In this document: positions 30,065-39,300 of the stretch, in pieces
Layout of the letters: each line of letters starts with the position of its first letter
Numbering within the stretch: position 1 is the stretch's first letter
Assembly (NCBI GenBank): GCA_025360425.1
Contig: JANYCD010000076.1
Span: 17,639-81,638, forward strand
From: Sterolibacteriaceae bacterium
Lineage (GTDB): Bacteria; Pseudomonadota; Gammaproteobacteria; Burkholderiales; Rhodocyclaceae
Reading direction: 5' to 3'
Length of the DNA: 64,000 bases
The notes under the pieces: generated by a model
What the model saw: only the letters and a program-made list of their open reading frames with translations
The model's database searches: none
What the model was told of the DNA's origin: nothing
Position numbers and translations under genes: made by a program

Positions 30065-32173
30065 CTACGCCGCTGCCGACAGAGGCTCCGCCAGCAGTAA
30101 TTTGATGGTGATTTCTGCGCCACCGCTCGTCAGATTGGCAAGGCGAATATCGCCGCGGTGTTCGTCGATGATTTTTTTGACAATTGCCAAGCCCAGCCCG
30201 GTACCTCTGGCTTTGGTCGTGACGTAGGGCTCGAAGGCTCGCGCCAGGGTGTGTGACGCAAAGCCCGCACCATTATCGCTGACAGAGAGAATTGCACGAC
30301 GACCATTGCTGCATGTGGCGATCCGGATTTGCGGTGAGGGCACATCGGTAAGCGCATCCTGAGCGTTGGCCAGCAGATTGTGCAGTACTTGCCTCAATTG
30401 GTTTGCATCGGCGCGCACTGCCGGCAGGCCGGACTCAAGACGCGTGACGATAATGACCTGCGAAGACTCGTACAGGCCGAGCAATTCGACAATCAACGCA
30501 TTGAGATCGATTTCGGCCAACACGGGGGGCGGTGTGCGCGCATAGTCGCGGAAGTCGTTGACCATGTTCTTCATTGACTCGACTTGATTGATGATGGTCT
30601 GGGTCGATCGTTCCAGCATGTCGCGTGCGCCTGGGTCAAGCTTGTCAGCCAGCTTGATCTGCAGACGTTCGGCGGAGAGCTGGATCGGCGTCAGCGGATT
30701 TTTGATTTCGTGCGCCAGGCGTCGCGCAACTTCGCCCCATGCCGCCGAACGCTGCGCAGAGATCAGTTGGGTGATGTCATCGAATACCACGACATAGCCG
30801 CCAGGCAGTGTGGAACCACGTATGAGAAGCGTCTTGGGCGCGGCGCCGGGCGACTCAAGTTCCATTTCGCGCTGCCATTCGGCGCCTTGCTCGCGGAATC
30901 CGAACAGGATCGCGCTTGTCAACATGGTGAAACGAGGCCACTGCTCAAGGGATATTTCGCTGTAGGTGGTGAGATCATCTTCGAGAATTGCCGTTGCACC
31001 GCGGTTGGAAGCGCGTAGCTTGAAGTCCTTGTTGAACGCCAGAACCCCGGTGGACAAATTGGCCAGCACACTTTCCAGATAGCCACGTGCGGACTCCAGC
31101 GCGGCACGGTGACGTTCTGTCTCGCGCTGTGCTTCGTCAAGCCGTTGAGTCATGAAGTTGAATGATTGCGTGAGCACGCCAAGCTCGTCGTGCGACTCAA
31201 GCGCGGCGCGTGGTTTGAAGTCACCGGCGGCCACGGCCCGCGTACCTTCGATCAGCATCAGCAGTGGATCGGCAAGTCGCCGGGCAAGGAAAAAAGCCAG
31301 TGCGACGGCGGCAAACAGGGATAGCAACAATGTCAGCGTCAGTGTCAGCGTGTATATCCGCTTCAGTCCGGTTTTACCCAACTGCAGTTCCTGATAGTCG
31401 CGATAGGCCGACTCGACTATCTCGCCGTTCCTCGCGATATCGGAAGGTACTGGCTGCGACAATAGCAACATGTCGGGCATGAGGCCGCCGGTCGAAACAG
31501 GTTCGAGGGCGCGCAAAGTCATTCCGTTTTGGGCGTCGCCATCGACCCAGGTCAAGCCATGCTCCTCTCTTGCCTTTTTGATCTGGGATGCGGTAGGCAG
31601 TGATGGCGCCAAGTCGTCGATGACGTCGGAGCTGCTGGCAATCACCTTTCCGTTGCCGTTAAGCAGGGTTGCCGATTGCACCCCGGCTTGCGTGTGCAAC
31701 GAATACAAGCGGATGGGATTTGATTGAGCGCCATTTGTTCCGCCGATTTCGATGGCGATGCCACGCGCCTTTTCAGCAAGGTCCGATTGCCGTGCGGCGA
31801 GAACACTGCGGCCAAGATTCAGCCCACCCTCCAGCGCGCTATCCACGCGCACGTCAAACCACGACTCTATGCTGCTGGTGGCGAATTGCATCGACACGCC
31901 ATACAACAGCGCGCCGGGCAGGATGGCCATCAACGCCAGCATCCACAGCAGGCGTGACTTGAGTTTTGAACCAAACACGCCACGCCGGTACTCACGCCAG
32001 AACCGTCCCAGTTGCACCATCACCAACACCATCAGCGCCAGGGCTGCCATCGCGTTTATACCCAGCAACAGGGGATAGTGGTTTGCGAACAAGCTGGTAT
32101 TGGCGCTGGCCGATATCAGCAGGAACAGCAGGATGGTGGTAGCCGTGACGGCAACGATAACGAGCGCTCTCAT
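30065..32173 (-). CDS. ntrY: NtrY-like sensor histidine kinase (TM-HAMP-PAS-HisKA-HATPase)
   Basis: H-box RLAHEIKNPLTPIQLSAE, N-box LHNLLANAQDA, DNGAGF, GTGLGLAIVKKII. Start chosen at 32173 (ATGA overlap with the DUF4390 stop). The ORF-track start at 32206 is the alternative. Confidence 0.75.
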   Translation of the reverse strand: MRALVIVAVTATTILLFLLISASANTSLFANHYPLLLGINAMAALALMVLVMVQLGRFWREYRRGVFGSKLKSRLLWMLALMAILPGALLYGVSMQFATSSIESWFDVRVDSALEGGLNLGRSVLAARQSDLAEKARGIAIEIGGTNGAQSNPIRLYSLHTQAGVQSATLLNGNGKVIASSSDVIDDLAPSLPTASQIKKAREEHGLTWVDGDAQNGMTLRALEPVSTGGLMPDMLLLSQPVPSDIARNGEIVESAYRDYQELQLGKTGLKRIYTLTLTLTLLLSLFAAVALAFFLARRLADPLLMLIEGTRAVAAGDFKPRAALESHDELGVLTQSFNFMTQRLDEAQRETERHRAALESARGYLESVLANLSTGVLAFNKDFKLRASNRGATAILEDDLTTYSEISLEQWPRFTMLTSAILFGFREQGAEWQREMELESPGAAPKTLLIRGSTLPGGYVVVFDDITQLISAQRSAAWGEVARRLAHEIKNPLTPIQLSAERLQIKLADKLDPGARDMLERSTQTIINQVESMKNMVNDFRDYARTPPPVLAEIDLNALIVELLGLYESSQVIIVTRLESGLPAVRADANQLRQVLHNLLANAQDALTDVPSPQIRIATCSNGRRAILSVSDNGAGFASHTLARAFEPYVTTKARGTGLGLAIVKKIIDEHRGDIRLANLTSGGAEITIKLLLAEPLSAAA

Positions 32174-32760
32174 TTGGCGTCGCGCTTCACCGACGGATAT
32201 TGCCAACGCAGGGTCTTGGCGTCCACTTGCCAGTCCTTGTTGGCGATCGCATCGACTTGAAATGGTTTGGGCAGTTGGTCACGATCCAGCGACAGGCGCA
32301 AGCTGGCCTGGTACGGAGTGCCAGGTGTGAGTGCACCTTTATCCGCTACGGGAAGGGCACTGATGTGAACCAGAGCATGCAAGGCTTCGTCAAGCGTGTC
32401 GAAACTACGATGCAAGGATCCCGTCGCAACGCGATATTGTCGTGTCAGTGCGTGGTAGGAAAGACGATAAATCAACTTGTAGGTGATCATGTGCTCGCTA
32501 GCCCAGTACCAGCGGGAGCGCACGACTTCCAGCTCCATGTTGAAGTAAAGCGGGATGCCATGAAATACTGCTTCCGCAACGCGGGGTCCAAGGTCAATGT
32601 TGAAATCGGCCGAGAGGGCATAGCCGTCATCGGTCGACACCAGGTCGGCCTTGACGGGTTCAATGCCGGCGGCCGCAACCCATCCTGCCCAGAGACAAAG
32701 CAGAGCAGCGATAGTCGGCTTAGCTGCGTTTAGTGAGAAGCGCGTAATAAAAGCCGTCAT
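32170..32760 (-). CDS. DUF4390-like periplasmic protein
   Basis: 196 aa from MTAFITRFSLNAAKPTIAALLCLWAGWVAAAG (signal peptide). Lies between rsmB and ntrY, as in other betaproteobacteria by my recollection. Longer ORF-track start rejected. Confidence 0.65.
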   Translation of the reverse strand: MTAFITRFSLNAAKPTIAALLCLWAGWVAAAGIEPVKADLVSTDDGYALSADFNIDLGPRVAEAVFHGIPLYFNMELEVVRSRWYWASEHMITYKLIYRLSYHALTRQYRVATGSLHRSFDTLDEALHALVHISALPVADKGALTPGTPYQASLRLSLDRDQLPKPFQVDAIANKDWQVDAKTLRWQYPSVKRDAK

Positions 32761-34000
32761 GTTCTGCGCTGGGGTTGAGTTGTAGCTCGTTATCGATGCC
32801 GCCGGTTGCGCTGCGTTCAGCATCGGGGTACCGAGCAACGAAAGCCGATATTTGTGATCCGTTTTCCTCGGAGAATACCGAGCACGTGCAGTAGAGCATT
32901 TTGCCACCGGGCGCCAGTACCTGCCAGAGTGCATCCAGAATTTCCCGTTGCGTGGCGGCGAACTTGGCAATGTCGGTCGGACGACGCAGCCATTTTGCAT
33001 CCGGGTGACGCCGCACCACGCCGGAAGCAGAGCAAGGCACATCAGCGAGAATGCGTTGAAACGGTCTGCCATCCCACCATATGTCGATGGCGCGACAGTC
33101 GGCGGTCTTGAGCGTTGCACTGAGATCGAGACGCCTTAGATTGTCGGTGACACGACCGAGTCGTTGTGCGTCGGCGTCGATTGCCGTGACGTCCAGATCG
33201 AATAATTCAAGCAAATGCGCAGTCTTTCCCCCCGGCGCCGCGCAGGCGTCCAACACCCTCATGCCAGGCTGAGTATCCAGCAAAGCAGCGGCACGCTGGG
33301 CACCCCAATCCTGCACCGATACGACACCATCGAAGAATCCCGGCAACGCGTCGACACTCTGGGGTTTGTCGAGCAGGATCGTACAGTCATCCAGCGCCCT
33401 TGCGCCAATGCCCGCCTCGATGAGTCGTGCGAGATAGGTGGGGCCGTCGCACTTGCGTTTGTTGATGCGCAAGCACATTGGAGGCCGCATGTTGGCAGCG
33501 GTGAGAACTTGCTGCCAGGTATCCGGAAAGGACTTGCGCAGTTTCGTTATCCACCAGTGCGGATGCTGCCAGTGCGCGACTTCGTTTTCGACGGCTGCCG
33601 ATGACAGTGATTCATATTGGCGCAGGGCATTGCGCAGCACGCCGTTAACCAGTCCTTTGAAACGTCCGGTCGCAATCGATTGGGCCGCCGTGACCGCCTG
33701 GTCGACAGTGGTATGGGCATCCTCTGCCCGGCTTTCCAGTCGATACATCGCGGCCAGAAGCAAGGCCCTGACTTGCTGATTCTGCAATGGAGATTGCAGC
33801 AATCGCTCCAGAAAAAAATCGCCGCGACCGTAAAGGCGCAGCGCGCCGTAGGCCAGATCTTGCACCGCCGGTCGAATCGTCGTGGACAGTCCGGTTAGTG
33901 CGGCATCCAGATTGCGGCCGGAAATCACTGCCGCAATGGCAGTGGATGCGGCAAGGAGCGAGGTGGCAAGGGGGGGGGATTCCGGCATGGGCCGGAGCAT
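32720..34000 (-). CDS. rsmB: 16S rRNA (cytosine967-C5)-methyltransferase
   Basis: 426 aa. NusB-like N-terminus, SAM motif DACAAPGGKT, catalytic Cys motifs DVPCSASGV and YCTCS. Confidence 0.9.
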   Translation of the reverse strand: MLRPMPESPPLATSLLAASTAIAAVISGRNLDAALTGLSTTIRPAVQDLAYGALRLYGRGDFFLERLLQSPLQNQQVRALLLAAMYRLESRAEDAHTTVDQAVTAAQSIATGRFKGLVNGVLRNALRQYESLSSAAVENEVAHWQHPHWWITKLRKSFPDTWQQVLTAANMRPPMCLRINKRKCDGPTYLARLIEAGIGARALDDCTILLDKPQSVDALPGFFDGVVSVQDWGAQRAAALLDTQPGMRVLDACAAPGGKTAHLLELFDLDVTAIDADAQRLGRVTDNLRRLDLSATLKTADCRAIDIWWDGRPFQRILADVPCSASGVVRRHPDAKWLRRPTDIAKFAATQREILDALWQVLAPGGKMLYCTCSVFSEENGSQISAFVARYPDAERSATGGIDNELQLNPSAEHDGFYYALLTKRS

Positions 34001-34016
34001 AGCAGGCCGCAGCGAA

Positions 34017-34862
34017 TCAGCGCCCCATCGCGCGGAGTCTTGCGATGCGTTCCCCAGTGGGGGGATGGGTGGCGAAGAGACTGGCGATGCCCCCGCCGGA
34101 AAGTGGATTCATGATCATCATTTGCGCTGTTTCAGGGTGTGCCGTCGCGGTCGGCATGGGAATTCCGCGCGCATAGGCGTCGATTTTGGCCAGTGCATCG
34201 GCCAGCGCGTGAGGATCGCCGCTGATCTCGCCACCGCCACGGTCGGCTTCGAATTCACGGGCCCGCGAGATCGCCATCTGAATCAGCCCAGCTGCCAGTG
34301 GCGCAAGAATTGCCACAAGGATGCCGACTAGAGCGTTGGTGTGGTGCCCTTCCTCGTCGCGTCCGCCGAAAAACATGGCGAAGTTGGCCAGGGCCGAAAT
34401 TGCACCCGCCATCGTCGCGGCGATGGTGGAGGTCAGGATGTCGCGGTGTTTGACATGCGTCAGTTCGTGCGCCATTACGCCGCGCAGTTCGCGTGCTGTC
34501 AGCAATTGCAGAATTCCCGTGGTAGCGGCTATGGCGGCGTGATCTGGATTGCGGCCGGTAGCGAAGGCGTTGGGTTGAGCTTCGTCAATCAGATAGACGC
34601 GGGGCATGGGCAGGCCGGCATTTACGGCGAGTTCCTTCACCATGTTGTAAAGGTACGGAGAACTTGTTCCATCCACTTCCTGCGCGTTGTACATCTTCAA
34701 CACCATCGTGTCGGAAAACCAGTAGGCAAACAGATTCATCCCTCCGCCAATGAGCAGCGCCAGTAGCATGCCACCTTGGCCGCCGACGGCTGCTCCGACC
34801 ATGCCGAACAGTGCGGTGATCGCCGCCATGAGCACGGTGGTTTTCATCCAGTTGCCAAACAT
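34017..34862 (-). CDS. htpX: Membrane zinc protease HtpX
   Basis: 281 aa. HELTH zinc motif ([12 protein letters not shown]), four TM segments, NAFATG motif. Confidence 0.93.
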   Translation of the reverse strand: MFGNWMKTTVLMAAITALFGMVGAAVGGQGGMLLALLIGGGMNLFAYWFSDTMVLKMYNAQEVDGTSSPYLYNMVKELAVNAGLPMPRVYLIDEAQPNAFATGRNPDHAAIAATTGILQLLTARELRGVMAHELTHVKHRDILTSTIAATMAGAISALANFAMFFGGRDEEGHHTNALVGILVAILAPLAAGLIQMAISRAREFEADRGGGEISGDPHALADALAKIDAYARGIPMPTATAHPETAQMMIMNPLSGGGIASLFATHPPTGERIARLRAMGR

Positions 34863-34900
34863 GTTTTGTTCTCCCGTGTGTTTAGTTGCGCCAGCCAGTT

Positions 34901-34928
34901 AGATGGGGGAGAAAAGGAAAGATTCAAT
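34901..34928 (-). promoter_or_regulatory. Sigma32-type promoter upstream of htpX
   Basis: The minus strand reads ATTGAAT (34928-34922), a 13-nt spacer, then CCCCATCT (34908-34901). Consensus is CTTGAAA-N13-15-CCCCATNT. Confidence 0.5.
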
Positions 34929-34942
34929 TCACGGCATCCACG

Positions 34943-35872
34943 TCATGCGTCTGGCAGGGTGAAGTTCTCACCCGGCGTAATTGCATAACCTTGTATGAAT
35001 TCGGCTGCGGACAAATGTTTGCTGCCCGGCTTTTGCAGTTCGTGGAGACGCAGGGCGCCCTCGCCGCAAGCGACATCTATTCCTTCGGGTGCTACCGTCA
35101 GGATCGTACCCGGCTTGGCAACACCGTCAATAACGGCAGCTCGCCACACCTTGACCGGAGTGTCGCGCAGCGTGGCGACCATGCCCGGAAACGGGTTGAA
35201 GGCGCGGATGCGGCGATCAAGAGTCGCCGCCGGCAAACGCCAGTCAAGCGTCGCCTCGGATTTTTCAATCTTGCGCGCGTAGCTCAGGCCTTCGGCAGGC
35301 TGGGGGACCGGTATCAGACGATCCAGGTCACGCAGTGCGACCACAATCAATCGCGCCCCTTGAGCAGCCAATTTTTGAAGCAGGGTGCCTGCGGTGTCGT
35401 CCGGCGCAATTGGCAGTTGCTCGGCAAGCAACATTGGTCCGGTATCGAGTCCAGCTTCCATCCCCATGATGGTGACGCCGGTTTCAGCGTCCCCGGCTTC
35501 GATTGCGCGTTGAATTGGTGCAGCGCCACGCCAGCGTGGTAACAGCGAGGCATGAATGTTGAGGCAACCATGTTTTGGAATATCGAGTACCGCCTGGGGC
35601 AGGATCAGGCCATAAGCGGCGACGACCATGACATCGGCTGCGGTGCCACGAAGCGTAATGTGGTTGGCTGGATCTTTCAGGTTTTCTGGCTGAAAGAACG
35701 GCAGATGATGTGCCAACGCGAGTTGCTTCACGGCGCCTGTTTTCAGCTGCATGCCGCGTCCCGCAGGTCGATCAGGCTGGGTAAGCACTAACATTACCTC
35801 ATGTCCGGCGGCGAGGACGGCGGACAATGCTTGGGCGGCGAATTCCGGTGTGCCTGCGAAGATGACTTTCAT
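34943..35872 (-). CDS. fmt: Methionyl-tRNA formyltransferase
   Basis: 309 aa. [13 protein letters not shown]-terminus, [18 protein letters not shown] motif. Confidence 0.95.
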   Translation of the reverse strand: MKVIFAGTPEFAAQALSAVLAAGHEVMLVLTQPDRPAGRGMQLKTGAVKQLALAHHLPFFQPENLKDPANHITLRGTAADVMVVAAYGLILPQAVLDIPKHGCLNIHASLLPRWRGAAPIQRAIEAGDAETGVTIMGMEAGLDTGPMLLAEQLPIAPDDTAGTLLQKLAAQGARLIVVALRDLDRLIPVPQPAEGLSYARKIEKSEATLDWRLPAATLDRRIRAFNPFPGMVATLRDTPVKVWRAAVIDGVAKPGTILTVAPEGIDVACGEGALRLHELQKPGSKHLSAAEFIQGYAITPGENFTLPDA

Positions 35873-35902
35873 GTGCTGAGTTTTCCGAAGGCTGATCTAG
35901 TC

Positions 35903-35927
35903 GCCACCCCCGCGTGGCGGGGGTGGC
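35903..35927 (-). other. Perfect GC-rich stem-loop (11-bp stem, 3-nt loop) in the def-fmt spacer
   Basis: GCCACCCCCGC gtg GCGGGGGTGGC. Confidence 0.8.
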
Positions 35928-35953
35928 CGGGAGAGATGCCTACACGTGCCAAA

Positions 35954-36004
35954 GGCAAAGAAGGCAAGAATTACGGTTAAGCCGTAATTCTTGCCTTCTT
36001 TGCC
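35954..36004 (-). other. Perfect 23-bp stem-loop enclosing the def stop codon
   Basis: GGCAAAGAAGGCAAGAATTACGG ttaag CCGTAATTCTTGCCTTCTTTGCC. One arm encodes the last 8 codons of def, and the stop TAA sits in the loop. Confidence 0.85.
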
Positions 36005-36480
36005 AGTCTGGATTTGATGCGGTCCTGCTTCAGTCTGGAAAGATATTCGACGAATAACTTGCCTTGAAGGTGATCCATTTCATGCTGGATGCAGGCTCCG
36101 AGCAGTCCTTCCGCTTCCAGTTCGAAAGACTGCCCGTCCACACCCAGCGCCCGCACCTTGACCCGTTGCGCACGCGTCACACGATCATAGATGCCGGGAA
36201 CCGAAAGACAACCTTCCTCGCCTTCGCATTCTCCGAACAGCTCGACGATTTCTGGATCGATGAATGTCACCAGCCCAGATTTATCTTCAGAGACATCAAT
36301 CACGATCACCTGCTTGTGCACATCCACTTGAGTTGCCGCCAGTCCGATGCCGGGCGCCGCATACATGGTTTCAGCCATGTCGGCAGCAAGTTTGCGGATC
36401 GATTCGTCCACGACGGTGACCTTCGCCGCTTTTTTATGGAGGCGTGGGTCCGGATAGCGCAAAATTGGCAGCATGGCCAT
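35977..36480 (-). CDS. def: Peptide deformylase
   Basis: 167 aa. Motifs [23 protein letters not shown]. Confidence 0.95.
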   Translation of the reverse strand: MAMLPILRYPDPRLHKKAAKVTVVDESIRKLAADMAETMYAAPGIGLAATQVDVHKQVIVIDVSEDKSGLVTFIDPEIVELFGECEGEEGCLSVPGIYDRVTRAQRVKVRALGVDGQSFELEAEGLLGACIQHEMDHLQGKLFVEYLSRLKQDRIKSRLAKKARITA

Positions 36481-36546
36481 AAAAACTATTGATGCGAGAA
36501 GGATTTGCGGGCAGAATCGGAGGAACTGCCTTAGGAGGTGCCGCCG

Positions 36547-37575
36547 ATGCTGCGAATTATATCCGCGCTGCTGATTATATTTTCAAGCCTTTGTTTCTCT
36601 GCTGGTGCTGTGGCCGACGGCAAGGCTATTGAGCTTTCCCCCGACGCCCCCGATCGGCATGTCGTGGTGGCAGGCGACACGTTGTGGGGTATTGCCAGCA
36701 AATTCCTGAAAGACCCCTATCGCTGGAACGAGTTGTGGAAGCTCAATGCCGACGATATAAAGAGCCCCCATCGTATTTACCCCGGACAAGTGATTGTGCT
36801 TGACCGCAGTGGCGCCGAGCCTCAGTTGAGGCTGCTGAATACGGTCAAAGTACAGCCGCAGGTACGAATTGAGGATACCAGGCAGGCAATACCCGCGATT
36901 CCACAACATGTCATTGAGCCTTTCCTCACGCAACCGCTGGTGGCCGAGGCATCCGCGCTCGATGGAGCGCCGCGCATCGTCGGAATCAAGGAAGATCGTG
37001 TCATCGCCGGCAACGGCGACCTGGTTTATACGGTCGGCGGAAAGACAGATACCAAACTTTGGCAGGTATATCGTCCGGGCAAGGCGTTGATTGATCCTGA
37101 TACCGGCGAAACGCTTGGATACGAGGCTATTTTGCTTGGTACTGCCAGCCTGATTCACCAAAGCGATCCTGCGACATTCCAGATCAACAACGCGCGGCAG
37201 GAAATTGGCCGCAATGATCGCCTGATGCCTGCGCCTCGCCCCGATATTCTCAGCTATCCTCAGCGTGCGCCCGGCGGCAAGATAAGTGGTCGTGTGATAT
37301 CTATTTACGGTGGGACCATCACCGGCAGTCGCTACTCGATCATCGCAATTTCAAAGGGCAAAAGTGATGGTGTGGAAGTCGGCCATGTCCTTGCATTATT
37401 CCGGGCCGGGCACGAAATCGATGACCGTTACCGGGATATCAAAACTACTATTGCACTACCTGAAGAGCGCAAAGGTTTGCTCTATGTATTTCGCGTCTTC
37501 AATCGTGTGTCCTATGCTTTGGTGATGGATGCGTTGCTCCCAGTGGAAGTCGGCGACGCGGTGCGCAATCCTTAA
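36547..37575 (+). CDS. LysM domain-containing periplasmic protein
   Basis: ATG at 36547 with AGGAGG 8 nt upstream (the ORF-track GTG at 36538 overlaps the SD). Signal peptide. LysM motif [17 protein letters not shown]...IYPGQVIVL. Confidence 0.8.
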   Translation: MLRIISALLIIFSSLCFSAGAVADGKAIELSPDAPDRHVVVAGDTLWGIASKFLKDPYRWNELWKLNADDIKSPHRIYPGQVIVLDRSGAEPQLRLLNTVKVQPQVRIEDTRQAIPAIPQHVIEPFLTQPLVAEASALDGAPRIVGIKEDRVIAGNGDLVYTVGGKTDTKLWQVYRPGKALIDPDTGETLGYEAILLGTASLIHQSDPATFQINNARQEIGRNDRLMPAPRPDILSYPQRAPGGKISGRVISIYGGTITGSRYSIIAISKGKSDGVEVGHVLALFRAGHEIDDRYRDIKTTIALPEERKGLLYVFRVFNRVSYALVMDALLPVEVGDAVRNP

Positions 37576-38764
37576 GTCGGGCGAAGCAGGCCTGCACGAA
37601 GAGATTGCTGTTGGTAACAAAAAACAACCGACGGACGCCCTATCCTTGAGTGATGATGCCGACCTTCGGGAATGGTTGCGGCTGACCAGTGTTCCCGGCA
37701 TTGGCCGCGAAACTCAGCGCCAACTGCTCAAGGTTTTCGGACTGCCTGAAGCCATTTTCTCCGCTAGTCTTGCCGAATTGCGGGCGGTACTCGGCGCGAC
37801 GCTTGCCGAGCAGCTTATCCAGCACGATTGCGATGCCGGGATCAATGCCGGTGCAGCTTGGGCCAAGGAACCTGGTAACCATATTCTTACACTTGCCGAC
37901 AACGGCTACCCGCAAAGCCTTCTGACCATCGACGATCCACCACTGCTACTTTACGTCAAGGGCCGCGTCGACTTGTTGAATCGGTCGGCGCTGGCTATTG
38001 TCGGCAGCCGCAATGCGACCAGGCAGGGTGAAGCCAATGCCGAAGCATTCGCCGAGGCCCTTTCCAATGCCGGGATCGCCATCTGTAGCGGACTGGCGCT
38101 TGGTATTGATGCCGCTGCCCATCGAGGGGCGCTTAGGGGACCGGGTTCCACAATCGCAGTGATTGGCACCGGGCCCGACCGCATTTATCCTGCGCGCAAC
38201 AATGCATTGGCCCGCGAAATCGCAGAAAAAGGCGTCATTGTCGGCGAGTTTCCGGTCGGCACGCCGCCACTGGCGGGTAACTTTCCGCGCCGCAATCGCA
38301 TCATCGCCGGCCTTTGTCGTGGCTGCCTGGTTGTTGAAGCGGCACAGCAGAGCGGTTCCTTGATTACCGCCCGCCTTGCTGCTGAAGCGGGGCGCGAGGT
38401 GTTCGCCATTCCCGGCTCCATTCACTCGCCGGTTTCCCGCGGATGTCACAGTCTGATCAAGCAGGGCGCGAAATTGGTTGAGTCGGCGCAAGATATCCTC
38501 GATGAGTTGGCGTTACCGGACATGCTTGTTATGCAAGGTTCATCCCATCCGATTCCAGCCACGAAAACAGTTCGAGACGGGCTGAACACCAGCGAAGATG
38601 CCTCTGCCATGCTCTCTGTGCTGGGACACGATCCGTGTTCGATTAACCTGCTTGTCGAACGTACGGGCTTGACGGCGGACAACCTTCTTGCCATGCTGCT
38701 GCCGTTGGAACTCGATGGCCGCGTGGCGCAGTTGCCTGGCGGTCTTTATCAGCGACTCTCTTGA
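37529..38764 (+). CDS. dprA: DNA-processing protein DprA (Smf)
   Basis: Rossmann-like DprA core (LAIVGSRNATRQG, GLALGIDAAAHRGAL, RNRIIAGL, GSLITA). The true start is uncertain: the 37529 ATG overlaps the LysM gene by 47 nt, and a later TTG near 37645 is possible. Confidence 0.85.
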   Translation: MRCSQWKSATRCAILKSGEAGLHEEIAVGNKKQPTDALSLSDDADLREWLRLTSVPGIGRETQRQLLKVFGLPEAIFSASLAELRAVLGATLAEQLIQHDCDAGINAGAAWAKEPGNHILTLADNGYPQSLLTIDDPPLLLYVKGRVDLLNRSALAIVGSRNATRQGEANAEAFAEALSNAGIAICSGLALGIDAAAHRGALRGPGSTIAVIGTGPDRIYPARNNALAREIAEKGVIVGEFPVGTPPLAGNFPRRNRIIAGLCRGCLVVEAAQQSGSLITARLAAEAGREVFAIPGSIHSPVSRGCHSLIKQGAKLVESAQDILDELALPDMLVMQGSSHPIPATKTVRDGLNTSEDASAMLSVLGHDPCSINLLVERTGLTADNLLAMLLPLELDGRVAQLPGGLYQRLS

Positions 38765-38777
38765 GGGCCACCGGAAA

Positions 38778-39236
38778 ATGATCGATATCCTCGTCTACCT
38801 GTTCGAGAACTACCTTCCCGATGCCTGTCCGGAGCCGGGAGTACTGGCCCGCAAGCTGTCTGCCGCAGGGTTTGAGCAAGACGAAATATCGGAAGCCCTT
38901 GATTGGCTCGCCGGCCTCGATCGCAGCGATGCAGTCCTGCTTCAACTCCGCCCGCAGGGTGATGCGCTAAGGGTTTACGACGAGGAAGAGCACGCCAGGT
39001 TGCCAATCGAATGTCGCGGGTTCCTGACTTTTCTTGAACAAGCTGGCACGCTGGACCCGGAATTGCGGGAAATGGTCGTCGAACGGGCGCTGGCTTTGCC
39101 GGACCGCGAGATTTCTTTATCCAAGCTCAAGGCCATCGTACTGGTCGTGCTTTGGCGCCGTCAGCATGAGTTCGATGCGCTGATTCTCGAGGAATTGCTG
39201 TCCGAGGACGACGAGGCCGACCGCCTCTGCCATTGA
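38778..39236 (+). CDS. smg: Smg protein (DUF494)
   Basis: 152 aa from MIDILVYLFENYL, matching the Smg N-terminus. Conserved position after dprA. Confidence 0.9.
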   Translation: MIDILVYLFENYLPDACPEPGVLARKLSAAGFEQDEISEALDWLAGLDRSDAVLLQLRPQGDALRVYDEEEHARLPIECRGFLTFLEQAGTLDPELREMVVERALALPDREISLSKLKAIVLVVLWRRQHEFDALILEELLSEDDEADRLCH

Positions 39237-39300
39237 CAGGCGCTTGCTTCTCACCGGCGGGGGCGCTTATCATGCGCCGCTCGTTCCATGTGGATAGCCC

